64,000 nucleotides of DNA, taken from contig NW_002060947.1 in assembly GCF_000150275.1 (NCBI RefSeq), positions 6,943,677 to 7,007,676 on the forward strand, in the 5' to 3' direction. Positions 42,861 through 64,000 of this stretch are shown here, one piece after another. Both the position numbers and the translations under genes were made by a program. The first letter of the stretch is position 1. Every line of letters starts with the position of its first letter. Source of the stretch: Trichoplax adhaerens. Its lineage: Eukaryota; Animalia; Placozoa. The notes under the pieces are model-generated. The model did not search any database. It saw only the letters and a list, made by a program, of their open reading frames with translations, and had not been told where the DNA came from.

Positions 42861-44806
42861 ATAACAGCAAAAATATTTGCCAGCATGTCCTCTAGTCAAT
42901 AGCGGAAAATTATGTAGGACAGCAGCCTACTGCAGACACGCATCTATTTTCACTCAAGCACAGCTACAGTCGACCTGATTTCAATTGGATACAATTATGA
43001 ACTAGTAGCAAATCGCGGCCTACTATCTATAGGATACAGATTTCCAGCCCTTTTTCCTTTAATTCAAGTGGTGGTCCAAGGATCATGTGCGGCATGACCT
43101 ACGATATGAATGAGTCAGGATATGCCAAACTGCTGCATTAGTAAATATCGGATTATCTCGATATAGCAAAGCTAAGTATGGCAGACCAAAATTGGAATTC
43201 GAAATGCGAAAGGAACCTTTACGACAAGGAGGATATCCAATTTCAGGTCGATTTCAGTTCAAACATATATCTTATAATAAAGACAACGATACATAGTTAT
43301 TAGCCTAATATTTTTACCGTATTTCAGGTCGTTTCCGAATTTTAAAGATGGAATAAGAAATGTTGAAATTGGCAATTTACGACAGTAATCCTAGTCATAA
43401 ACGATAGATTGTTGCATCATGTTTTATCATTTTTTTAGTACCCTAACCTTTCCAGTATAAGTTTTGTGATATGAATGTTAGTAGACGAGTTGCTGTTCTA
43501 AACTCAGTTTCTCAAAGTGATTCGTCTAGGCAATGATTTATTATGGCCTTTCATTGCAACAGGAAGCACAAATAGAAACGATAATTATTTTCTTCATTAT
43601 ACATTTATAGTACTACTGTACATATATACAGCGTATATAAAAGATTGATGATTTTTATCTTTCACGGTTAGTTGAATCTGCAATCTCTTCTAGGTATCAA
43701 TAAAAGCGCTTAACGGAAGCTACGGTAATTCTACGCTAGTAATGCAGTATCAAGCTCCCTTGTTACTGCCGGGAAATACTACAATATTAATAAGCGATAC
43801 TAGACTGGTCATTGCGTCAAGATGAAGAAATAGATGTAAAACATGACTAAAGTTTATTCTGTAGATTATCTGGAAAGCAAACATGGCAACAAGGTGTAAT
43901 ACTTTCATTCGCATTATAGCTTAAATCCTGTCCATTCTAACTTATTCTATAATAAAGTTTGCTCGTTTTTCTACGATAGCGCCGATTAAGATGATCAATA
44001 AACGAATGGCTACTTTCACCCTACTATATTTTGACTTTAGCAAGTTTATCAACAGAAATTCGTTTTAGGTGTCATGCAGTGATATGAAAATGAGTTATAG
44101 ATTACTAAACAAGATAAGGATAGGTTGAAAGAGCGTAATAATGCACGTCTTGGATGTTTTATGCCTTCCAGCGATATACCAATTTTAATCTTTCATTTTA
44201 CTTTACAAATTGAAGGATGTTTCAACTCGCTAATTTATGGAGAACAAATTCGATATGTTATTTTCGCCTTAGATATTGCCGCAACTAAATTAAGCCATCT
44301 TCTCGAATGGTTGAAAGGTGTTGTTGATGAGCATTCTGCCATAGATTGTTTATATTTGGTCATATCCAACTTAAACACTTCCATTTGCATCAAAATATAT
44401 CTTTGGAATAGTTTATTGACGGGGATGAAACCTCTTCTATATACGGTAGTACGAGATCTTGTAACTCGGAAGCTGATAAATAATCTATTGCGTGTCAAGA
44501 CTGAATTGGACGATATAAAGAGGAGATTCTTCGATTAAAATAGTTAATTAACATTTTCACTTCACTATAGACACAAGACTGGCCATTTTCTATCAGTATT
44601 GAATCATCTTGACAACAATTTCGGTATGTTGAACAGTACTTTTCTTAATCTGTATTCACTAAAATATTCCAGTTTATGAGTTTCGTCAATAAAATTGCAA
44701 GTCATTTAAGAAAGAATGTCAGTTTTCAATAGAGTTTAAAATTTTATTTTATAATCATAGGGAATCGAAACATTTCTTCTAGGGTAACAGTCATCGCCGA
44801 GATAAA

Positions 44807-47275
44807 ATGAATTCTCCAACGCAATGCTCACCGCAACCTTCAGGATTAGAAACGAACCGTGTTGAAGATGGAAAAGTTGAGGAAGAATGTCAACATAATC
44901 GTACTCAATTTCCCGATGTTAGTGAATGTCGAGTATCTAGTAGTGCTGGTGTTGAATCGGACGATGGAAATCGGAAGGAATTCAACAAATCGACGCAATT
45001 TCATCAATCTTCTTCTCAAGCTCATTATGGCAGTCACACTGACAAGACAGAAAGTACAGCTCAATCACCTTTGGCCGACATAAAGGATCATTCTAGTTAT
45101 AGCCTTTCTCATAGCAGTGATGACAGAAAGGAAACCACTAGCGAGAAAGAAAATAGAGTTGAAACACCTACGGCTAATATTAAGGCTCATTCTAGTCATA
45201 ATTATAGCACCGATGATAGTAAAGAAGCAATTAGCAAGGAAGAAGATAGAATTCAAACACCTATGGCTAATACGAAGGATCATTCTAGTCATGATGGTAG
45301 TGCTATTGGCAATAAGGAGGCTTCTAGCGAGGAAGAAGATAGAGTTCAAACAACAATGGCTAGTATTGAGGCTCATTCTAGTCCTTATGATAGCAGAAGT
45401 GATAATAAGAAAAATTCTAGCGAGGAAGAAAATAGAGTCCAAACTCCTATAAGTAATATTAGGGGTTATTCTAGTTATCATGATAGCAGCAATCAAAATA
45501 AGGAAGCTGAAGCTTTTGATATTTCCTCGGTTGAAAAAAGCGACGACGGCGTATCCACTATTGGAACAGTTACTAGCAGCACATGTGATGACGCTGATTA
45601 TGATGTAATTGGATCAGATATTCAAACAGCTACTAAACAAAATTCTCAAGACATTCAATTGAAGAGCGAAATTTCAGATGATTATGCATCAGAAGCCAGC
45701 GATCCAAGTAAAAAAATGATTACGAAAGATAATGATTTAAAAAAGGTAAGTTGATTAATCGGATAAGATTAATTGATCGAAGAGGGCATCGAGTATTTTA
45801 AATATTCTTATTTACTCTTTGTAAATAGCGCACTTGTAGGTAATCGTGTTAAATGTACATTAAAAACTTTCGATTAATTATAATGCAAGCATATCGTACC
45901 GTTTTTTGAACCTTAATATTTAATAATTTAGATTTCTAGAAAGAAACATCAATCTAATAAGAGTATTGTCAACGCTAAGAAGAGAAAATGGCCTTATGAC
46001 GATAATGGCAATGAGGGAAGTAAGCGAGCAAAAGTGGATGAAAGCACAGGTATGAAGAAAAATAAGAAAAAATCATCTACTTTCGTGTTTGAAGACAAGA
46101 AGAAACCTATCATCTCCCTACCTTCAATACCAATTGATTATTTATTAATTGCTGGCGCGAAAGATGACATGCCATTAAAATTGATACAAGGTATAGCTCG
46201 AGGTGATGCAATTAAACCTAAAAATCGATATTATCGTATTAATATTGAAGGCCAATCACTCGGTCGTGTACCAACCAGCACTCAATTTAAGAATATGATG
46301 ATTATGATGGGTAGTTTGCGCGAAATAGAGAATCCAAGCACTTTAATAGCAGCAATTGAATTTGGATTTTGCTACATCAATCGAAATGATGTAGTGAGAA
46401 AAAATTTATCACATTCAGAAGTTATAACAGCTGCCAATTTTCTATCTTGTGTTAATGGCCTTCAGTATCCATCACGTGGCAAAAGTCAAGCTCCTAATCC
46501 AAATCGGCGTTCAATTGATTTTTTGTTTAGTCCTTCATTTCATCCGCATTTTGGTCATCAAATATTTAATCAAATTATACGCAAGCGTAATTTACTAGAT
46601 ATGGAATCTGATCAATTTGCTGAATCGACTGATGAATACTTAACATTTGAAGTAATGATAAATAATGATTCACGTAATGTTTATATATTTAAGCAGCAAC
46701 AGCAATCAGACTCGAACGATGGTAAAGACCTCAGTAATGATCATGCAATTATCGAAGAGCGTCCAGTGAATAGCTGGTTGGCAATTCATTTGGCTCGAGG
46801 TAGTAGTGCTGATTTCGATATCAAATACCATATTTTCAACATTAAGCGTAGCGCATGTCATATTGATTGCCCACTAGTCATTAATCAGTTGGGCCAAATT
46901 AATGAGCCGATCAAAATTAAAAAAAAATTTCGGAAATTAGTTACCAATGTCAAAAAAGTAAACACTGCATATTATCAAAGCTCAATTAAAACCTGTAGTA
47001 AAACCGGCGCAAGCAGTAAATTTTGGGATACTGCTATTTTGACGGTACAAGAAATAACTGATTATGAAGATTATAATGTTAAAAAGGGAACATTCAGACA
47101 TGAAAAAATGACGGTGAAAGGAAAATTGGAGTTAGATGTTGAAGATTGGTTTATTTGTAATGATGAAGGCCTATTAACTAATGCTGCCAAAGAATTTTAT
47201 AAATTAGGCATTGAAGCTGCTAACGTGTGCAAGTTAAATAAGAATGACAAAGGACGTAAAGCCAAGACGTGTTGA
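44807..47275 (+). CDS. Uncharacterised protein, paralog B (~760 aa), with internal 31-aa repeats
   Basis: Exon 44807-45745 (AAG|GTAAG, phase 0) splices in frame to 45932-47275. It has the same intron position (after KK) and the same C-terminal domain as 29579-32158. Confidence 0.82.
45065..45500 (+). repeat. Coding 93-bp (31-aa) tandem repeat, ~5 copies
   Basis: TP.ANIK.HSS......D.KE.SSEEE.RVQ. The nucleotide period is 93 (45161 vs 45254). Confidence 0.9.
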
Positions 47276-48885
47276 TGATGTATAAATGTAAAAGTATATT
47301 AACAGTTATTGCTTTCAATTCGTTGAAGAAAATATAGGCAGTAATTTATAATTCTTCTGAAATGATAGCTTATACTTATCATTATTATAAAGGAACAGTG
47401 TAGCCTATTGCTATTCTAAATAAATTTCATTACTGGCGTTAGCTTTGGCAATTTGTGAATTGAGACTACTATGCAAACCAAATTGAGATAGTGCCTAAAT
47501 TTTACAATATCAGACAGTAATAAAAATGTTGCATCTTGTTATTTAATAGCGGCTTTAGTAAAAACTGATCAATATCAGTCATGGTGACTTTTTTCTGCTA
47601 GCACGTTTATCTCTACATGTTCATTACTTTGTTTATTTGATAAAACTTTATCCTTTATAATAAAAATATGTTAATTAACCTATTGAATTCACAGTATTTG
47701 CTAAAAGAGTGGAAATAAAATTTAATACACTAGTAAATATGTGTACTACTTTATCCAACTTATTCGATAGCCTTTATCAAGCTATAATAGCATTCAGAGG
47801 TACTGGTACTTACATACAATTATTGAACACGTATAAATTATTAGCTAAATGCATTTCAATTCTAACTGTACTTATAGTAACTTTAGGCTCCTTTTCTTGT
47901 AATTCAGCTGACAAACAAGTCCTACTTTGAGTATATACGGTTTGTAGATTAATTTCAGTTACAGTTTTTACCTTAGTGGGTACTGAATTGTGTGAGTTTA
48001 ATGAATGGTAGGTTATAACAGCACTTTACATAGCGATTATTATCGTAATTAATGTAGAATATTTAGATTTATGAGAGGTCTAGCATTGATTAACGATCGC
48101 TGTGGTGTTGTTAAGAAAATTTTCGGTCGAATGCAACCAAACATCTGATGATATATGGCATTTATCATCAAGAATACTGATAATCATATTACAATTATGC
48201 TAGTTACAATAGCAATTAAGAATTTTTTGAAGATTGACTCTAATACAAATTTATTAGTCTAAATGAAGGCACATATAAAATCGAATGTTGCTATACATTT
48301 GTTCGTATTTACGTTAGCCACATGAGGTTTGTAAATCTTCAGTCATCAAACATCATTTCTTGTATATACTTTCCATTTAGTAAATAAAATTCACAAATAT
48401 CATTATCCTTATCCCTTTGATATCGATGATCTGTATGCCAGGGTGCATGTCAACTCTATTGACACATTATGACACTCAATGTCGTAATAAAATATAAACT
48501 GCATTTGGATGATGTTTATAAAATCGAGCTTTTAAAACAGATGCAAGTTTTACTGCCTGAAATTGTTATTTCTTCATAGCATTGTTGCTTAAAATTTGAA
48601 AATCTATACAATAACAATTTCGTAATATTGTTTACATATAGTTTCAATATAATGTAGCAAAATGTCATAATAAAAATGTTATGATTATATCATAACAATA
48701 AATACCGGATATATTCATTTACTCAACTCAATTATCTCTGACCAATAGAGTAATATGAACAAGATATGACATCAAAAGTATACAAATAGTTATATTAACC
48801 GTGTTCACAAGTTAAATTTTTGGAATTTGTATATTAACTTTGGTACTAATAGTCGCTGCCGTACTAGAATTTGCGTCCCTAGCAT

Positions 48886-52853
<3,968 letters not shown>

Positions 52854-54432
52854 GATGAGGAGATTCTAGTCAAGGATGCAGTCCACGTCTACTATTGAAT
52901 CCGCTGGCTGACTTGACAATTTGATTAATCCTAGAGGGAGATTTCTCAATTTAGCTTAGTTTCCAATGTACTTTTCTACTCGATTAGACTCTGCAAGATG
53001 ACTGGATTTCAGCTAAGGCAACAGCTGGGAAAACGAGGTCCCAACCAGGCCAGCAAAGAATCGGCCCAAAAGGCCTTGGACTTTCAATGCTTATAGTCGC
53101 CATAGTTGCTACTGTATTGCGCGCGGTCAGGAGCTACTGGACACTAAGTTATTATGAAAAATGGATTAGTCTCGGTTAGCAAGGGTTATTACTCACTTTG
53201 TGGGTTGGGTGGAGGCATGCGCCATACAGTACGGTCTTCTAGAGCACTTTAACGCATGCGTCGATTTCGATTGGGTAAAATGGTGGCCAGCAGGTTGGCT
53301 GGCGATGGAGGCTGAAAGTGCTTCAAAGTATACAGGCCTACGAGATATTTCCTGATAATTATAATGTAGATACTCGTATATTACATCCAATTTATCAAGT
53401 ATAGAAATTAATGTTGGTAAACATTAGCCTATAGCCTATTACGAATTAATATACGCTAGAATGTTCCCCGTGGCGCATAATTAGATATGGAATGATTCTT
53501 CGATATGAAATGTAAAATAGCAAATCGATAAACAGAACTGCAATAGTTCATTGCTGTAGAATGGTTTCGCTATAATCATCTTGATATTGAATCTGACAGA
53601 AATATCAATTGAATGGGGAAGTCAGTGCCGTAAAGATGATCTAATCGCAACGGTACACTATTGGCCTTGTTTGCGCTTTTTATGCCCTTAGATAACGAAA
53701 AATTCAGTCATAAGAGTACAAGGTTTATAGCACCAATGGGAAATGTTTCGCTACGTACATGAATTTAACAGATAGATAAGCAGAACCACTATATATAATC
53801 ATAATTTCTCGGAGAATTTGTTCGCTATAAATTTGATATTTAGTTCTGACTAAATTTCAATTTGACGCTACTTTTATCTAATATGAGCTTTGAAGTTGCT
53901 TTATGCGCGTAAATGAATCATATACGTATAAAGGCATGTGCAACCACTGGCATTGGAATTTGATCATACAGAATTCACGGATCGATGTAAAATATTTACT
54001 GCAAATTAAAGGGTGTACTAAGGATCTTTCCCTTTATCGTCTTCGTACTTGATCCAAGCCTTATTCCATCTGCTGACATGGAAAGAATATAATCACAAGC
54101 GGAAACCAAAATAGATGAAAGTTTTTCAATAATGCAATAACGAAGCTTATAGCCAATTAGGCCCTAATACGTGTTTCTACAATTTTATTGGTATATACTG
54201 TAGCTTGCTACTGCAAATAAAAGCTTTTAAAATATACAGTAAGAGGCAATATAGAATTGTATTAAATGCTATAGTTCGTAATATCTCTTATTATAATTAT
54301 CATCTTCAAAAATGACTATACATCAAAACCGATACTTGTATTTCACAAATTATAGCGTTGCTGCTTAGAATCAGTTTTACTACAAAAGCGTAGTCTACGT
54401 ATATAAGACGGCTGTAGTGTAAACGCTCTTCG

Positions 54433-60283
<5,851 letters not shown>

Positions 60284-60834
60284 TTTCAACAGATTAGTCC
60301 TTCCTTGAGTGGCGGCAAGTTTAGGGGTATTACCGTGAAGCTACAACTGAATATAAAAATTTAAAATATATAAGAAATTGCTTCCCCCGGAAGCTAAATT
60401 ATAATAGGATGGTTTTAGGCCAATGGAATGTTATCCAATTTTGAATCAACATATCTAGGGATACATCGAATGACATTGAGTGGCGATACTGTACAACGCT
60501 AGCGTAGTACAGTATCGAAATGGTATGGCGCATCAAAGCACAATCGTACCTCTGCTTGTCGACTGTATGATAACCTCTTGCTGCTACTGTACTACAATGT
60601 AGTACCGTCACTTTTAATAACAACTTTAAAGTTATGAACTTTAATATTATGAATATTTAATTGAGCCTGGAGTACTAGAAAGGAGACGACTAACTACTGG
60701 CCTTGGTTCTTGTGATCTATGTTCAAAATAGTTTGATAAGTTGGTGGTCACCGAGTCGGCCTATTCAGAAGCTTGTTGACTCTGGTGTACATTTGAAATA
60801 CCGTTTCCAAGATACGATTGAAGACGATCGTCAG

Positions 60835-61270
60835 CGCTACTACAGTACTATGCCAGTGTACAGTGTACAGTACTGTCGATGAGACACTATCTACTGTAGT
60901 GTAGTCTTGGAGGCCACGAAGTCTGTGCCCAATACGGCTGTACCATACAGTGTACAGTACAAAGCTGTACTGCTCGTATTTACTGTATTGTACTGTACAC
61001 TGTACACTGTACATTACAGTACAGTTCGTACTAATCCAGTACAGTACAGTTCAGTTCATACTAGTCCAGTACAGTACTGTACAGTTCATATTAATCCAGT
61101 ACAGTACAGTACAGTACAAAACAGTACAGTAGTCCTGGAGTCCACAGAGTCCGTGCCCTGTACGGCTGTAGCATACAATGTACAGTACACTGTATTGTAC
61201 AGTACAAAGTTGTACTGTTAGTACAGTATTTACTGTACAGTACAGTACGTACAGTACAGTACATACAGTT
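60835..61270. repeat. (CAGTA/TACTG)n-rich microsatellite block with internal duplication
   Basis: Dense ACAGT/ACTGT pentamers. GTAGTC.TGGAG.CCAC..AGTC.GTGCCC occurs at ~60900 and ~61130. Confidence 0.9.
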
Positions 61271-61320
61271 NNNNNNNNNNNNNNNNNNNNNNNNNNNNNN
61301 NNNNNNNNNNNNNNNNNNNN
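61271..61320. other. Assembly gap (50 N)
   Basis: Run of N. Confidence 1.
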
Positions 61321-61321
61321 A

Positions 61322-64000
61322 CGTAAGATGAAGAGAGCGATCGGCCAGGCATGCCAACAAGGTATCCAATACTACTGCAATGGACAGATGGCCATGATTT
61401 TACAGTATACGGCTATGAAATGGCTTCTCCTTGATTTCCCTTGACAGTATGAACACTATACTATTCGCTATTTCCCCTTTCTGTCATTTTTTCAGAGGTA
61501 AACGGAAACGGTAAAGCCATGTTGATGAAGAAACGATGGGGATCAACAGTAATATCCGACTCCTACAATTTTAATGGACTTTGATGGTATTTTCATACCG
61601 TTGATACGATGAGAGTATCAATTTGTCGCCATTCCATCAGTATAATGGAAAGTCAATGAAATTGGGTTGTCTTAAGCTCTATTTACTAGTCACTTTTCTA
61701 CCTACTGTAGTTCTAGAGCAAGCATCAGTAACAGTAAGAGCTAGATCGGAAAGGCACATTGCCTACTGCTTTATTGCAATCTTGACTTCAATTTAGTCTA
61801 TCAAAACTGTCGGAGTCAAATATTACTGTTGATCTAACGACGATATACTATGGCTTTCTTGAAGTAGTCCATGATCGGGATTCCTTCCTATGGATACCGA
61901 TTTCTACTCATTTTTGGACCACAGTATGTTAATCTCATGGCAGCACTAAAGTGGACTGTAGAGTAGAAAATTTCTCTTTTCCTAATAGACGATGATGAGT
62001 TAGTTTATGACTGGCTTATCCATCTACTACAGCCTACCATCAGCGGATGGTAGGCTGTAGGATAGCCTACTAGCCATCACTGTGTCAACGAAATGCGAGA
62101 GATAGCTCGTAAAGGATAGTGGACTAATTTCTGTCCTTGAACAACTCCCCTTGTCAATCAAATTGCAGCTGATTAATAAATTAATTCATTATTGCCTGCA
62201 CAAGTGGATTAACCTTGACAAGAACAGACGAAGCCAACATTAGAGCTAAAGGTTGTGAATTTGTGATGCAAAAATGTGTAAAACAGATGTCGTATTCAAT
62301 CGATTACGTCGACATTGGTTTTGCATCGTTGCTACGCAACTTTTTGTACTCTACAGTAGGTCAATCTGTAGTCTTAGCCTAGCCGCTAATAAACCTTCCT
62401 TTGCTATTTAATCAATATGTAAAAATTATTTCCTGCACAAGTCGATTAACCTTGACAAGAACAGACAAAGCCAACATTAGAGCTAAAGGTTGTGAATTTG
62501 TGATGCAAAAATGTGTAAAACAGATGTCGTATTCAATCGATTACGTCGACATTGGTTTTGCATCGTTGCTACGCAACTTCTTGTACTCTACAGTAGGTCA
62601 ATCTGTAGTCTTAGCCTAGCCGCTAATAAACCTTCCTTTGCTATTTAATTAATATGTAAAAATTATTTCCTGCACAAGTCGATTANNNNNNNNNNNNNNN
62701 NNNNNNNNNNNNNNNNNNNNNNNNNNNNNNNNNNNNNNNNNNNNNNNNNNNNNNNNNNNNNNNNNNNNNNNNNNNNNNNNNNNNNNNNNNNNNNNNNNNN
62801 NNNNNNNNNNNNNNNNNNNNNNNNNNNNNNNNNNNNNNNNNNNNNNNNNNNNNNNNNNNNNNNNNNNNNNNNNNNNNNNNNNNNNNNNNNNNNNNNNNNN
62901 NNNNNNNNNNNNNNNNNNNNNNNNNNNNNNNNNNNNNNNNNNNNNNNNNNNNNNNNNNNNNNNNNNNNNNNNNNNNNNNNNNNNNNNNNNNNNNNNNNNN
63001 NNNNNNNNNNNNNNNNNNNNNNNNNNNNNNNNNNNNNNNNNNNNNNNNNNNNNNNNNNNNNNNNNNNNNNNNNNNNNNNNNNNNNNNNNNNNNNNNNNNN
63101 NNNNNNNNNNNNNNNNNNNNNNNNNNNNNTCCTCTGCTATTGAATTAACATTTAAAAATTATTTCCAGCAGTCTTAGAGCTAAAGATTGTGATGCAAAAA
63201 CGTAAAACATGTAATGTAAAATGTAAAACAGATGTCGTATTCAAGGGGTACGCACCTGGCGACATTGGTTTTGCATCGTTGCTAACTCTCCAAGCTGGGC
63301 AACTTATTGTACTGTAGGTCAATCTGTAGCCTTAGCCTAGCCGCCAATAAACCTTCCTCTGCTATTTAATCAATCAATATTTAATAAAAATTATTTGCAG
63401 CTGCCTTACAGCTGAAGACTGTGATGCCAAAATGTGCAAAACAGATGTCATATTCAAGGGGTTACGCAACTGGCGACATTGGTTTTGCATCGTTGCTAAC
63501 TCTCCAAGCTGGGCAACTTATTGTACTGTAGGTCAATCTGTAGCCTTAGCCTAGCCGCCAATAAACTTTCCTCTGCTATTGAATTAATATTTAAAAATTA
63601 TTTCCAGCAGTCTTAGAGCTAAAGATTGTGATGCAAAAACGTACAACATGTAATGTAAAATGTAAAACAGATGTCGTATTCAAGGGGTTTACGCAACTGG
63701 CGACATTGGTTTTGCATCGTTGCTAACTCTCCAAGCTGGGCAACTTATTGTACTGTAGGTCAATCTGTAGCCTTAGCCTAGCCGCCAATAAACTTTCCTC
63801 TGCTATTGAATCAATATTTAATAAAAATTAATTATTTGCAGCTGCTTTTACAGCTGAAGATTGTGATGCCAAAATGTGTAAAATAGATGTCGTATTCAAT
63901 GGATTACGCTGACTATCATTGGTGACATTGGTTTTGCATCCTTGCTGACTCTTCAAGCTGGGCAATTTCTTGTACCGCTAGCAGAACTATACCTCTGCTA
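61322..64000. mobile_element. Composite interspersed repeat, copy 2 (same orientation as copy 1; interrupted by an N gap)
   Basis: Collinear with 12722-15270, with scattered substitutions and small deletions. Confidence 0.7.
62686..63129. other. Assembly gap (N run) inside the tandem array
   Basis: Run of N. Confidence 1.

Noticed and set aside
44846-45496. Antisense and alternative-frame ORFs over the paralog B acidic exon
   Set aside because: Shadow ORFs produced by repetitive low-complexity coding sequence.
60748-61444. Several ORFs rich in Y/S/T/V/Q/C
   Set aside because: Translations of the CAGTA microsatellite and the N gap.

Overview
AT-rich, gene-dense eukaryotic (animal) genomic DNA with many short GT-AG introns. 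The style resembles an early-branching metazoan such as a placozoan (inference from composition and gene structure only). By manual splicing I find eight conserved spliced genes: a B-Raf-type RAF kinase (+), TMEM167B/kish-B (-, absent from the ORF track), MAPKAPK2/3 (+), CFAP299/C4orf22 (-), MSL3 (+), CNOT7/8 deadenylase (-), ABHD18/C4orf29 (-) and KIF3A (-). There is also an intronless F-box/ankyrin gene. Two paralogous two-exon orphan genes (29.6-32.2 kb and 44.8-47.3 kb) encode an acidic low-complexity N-terminus, a basic NLS-like patch and a shared ~380-aa domain whose motif order resembles a catalytically degenerate triphosphate-tunnel (CYTH/Cet1-like) fold. Two introns carry U12 (minor spliceosome) signatures, in RAF and ABHD18. 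A ~2.6-kb composite repeat occurs twice (12.7-15.3 kb and 61.3-64 kb); it contains internal inverted repeats, a perfect hairpin followed by CTAG, and a tandem array with A/B higher-order structure. Several unrelated tandem arrays and CAGTA-type microsatellites cluster at gene 5' ends. Two assembly gaps (N) lie near the end. No rRNA, tRNA or CRISPR was recognised.
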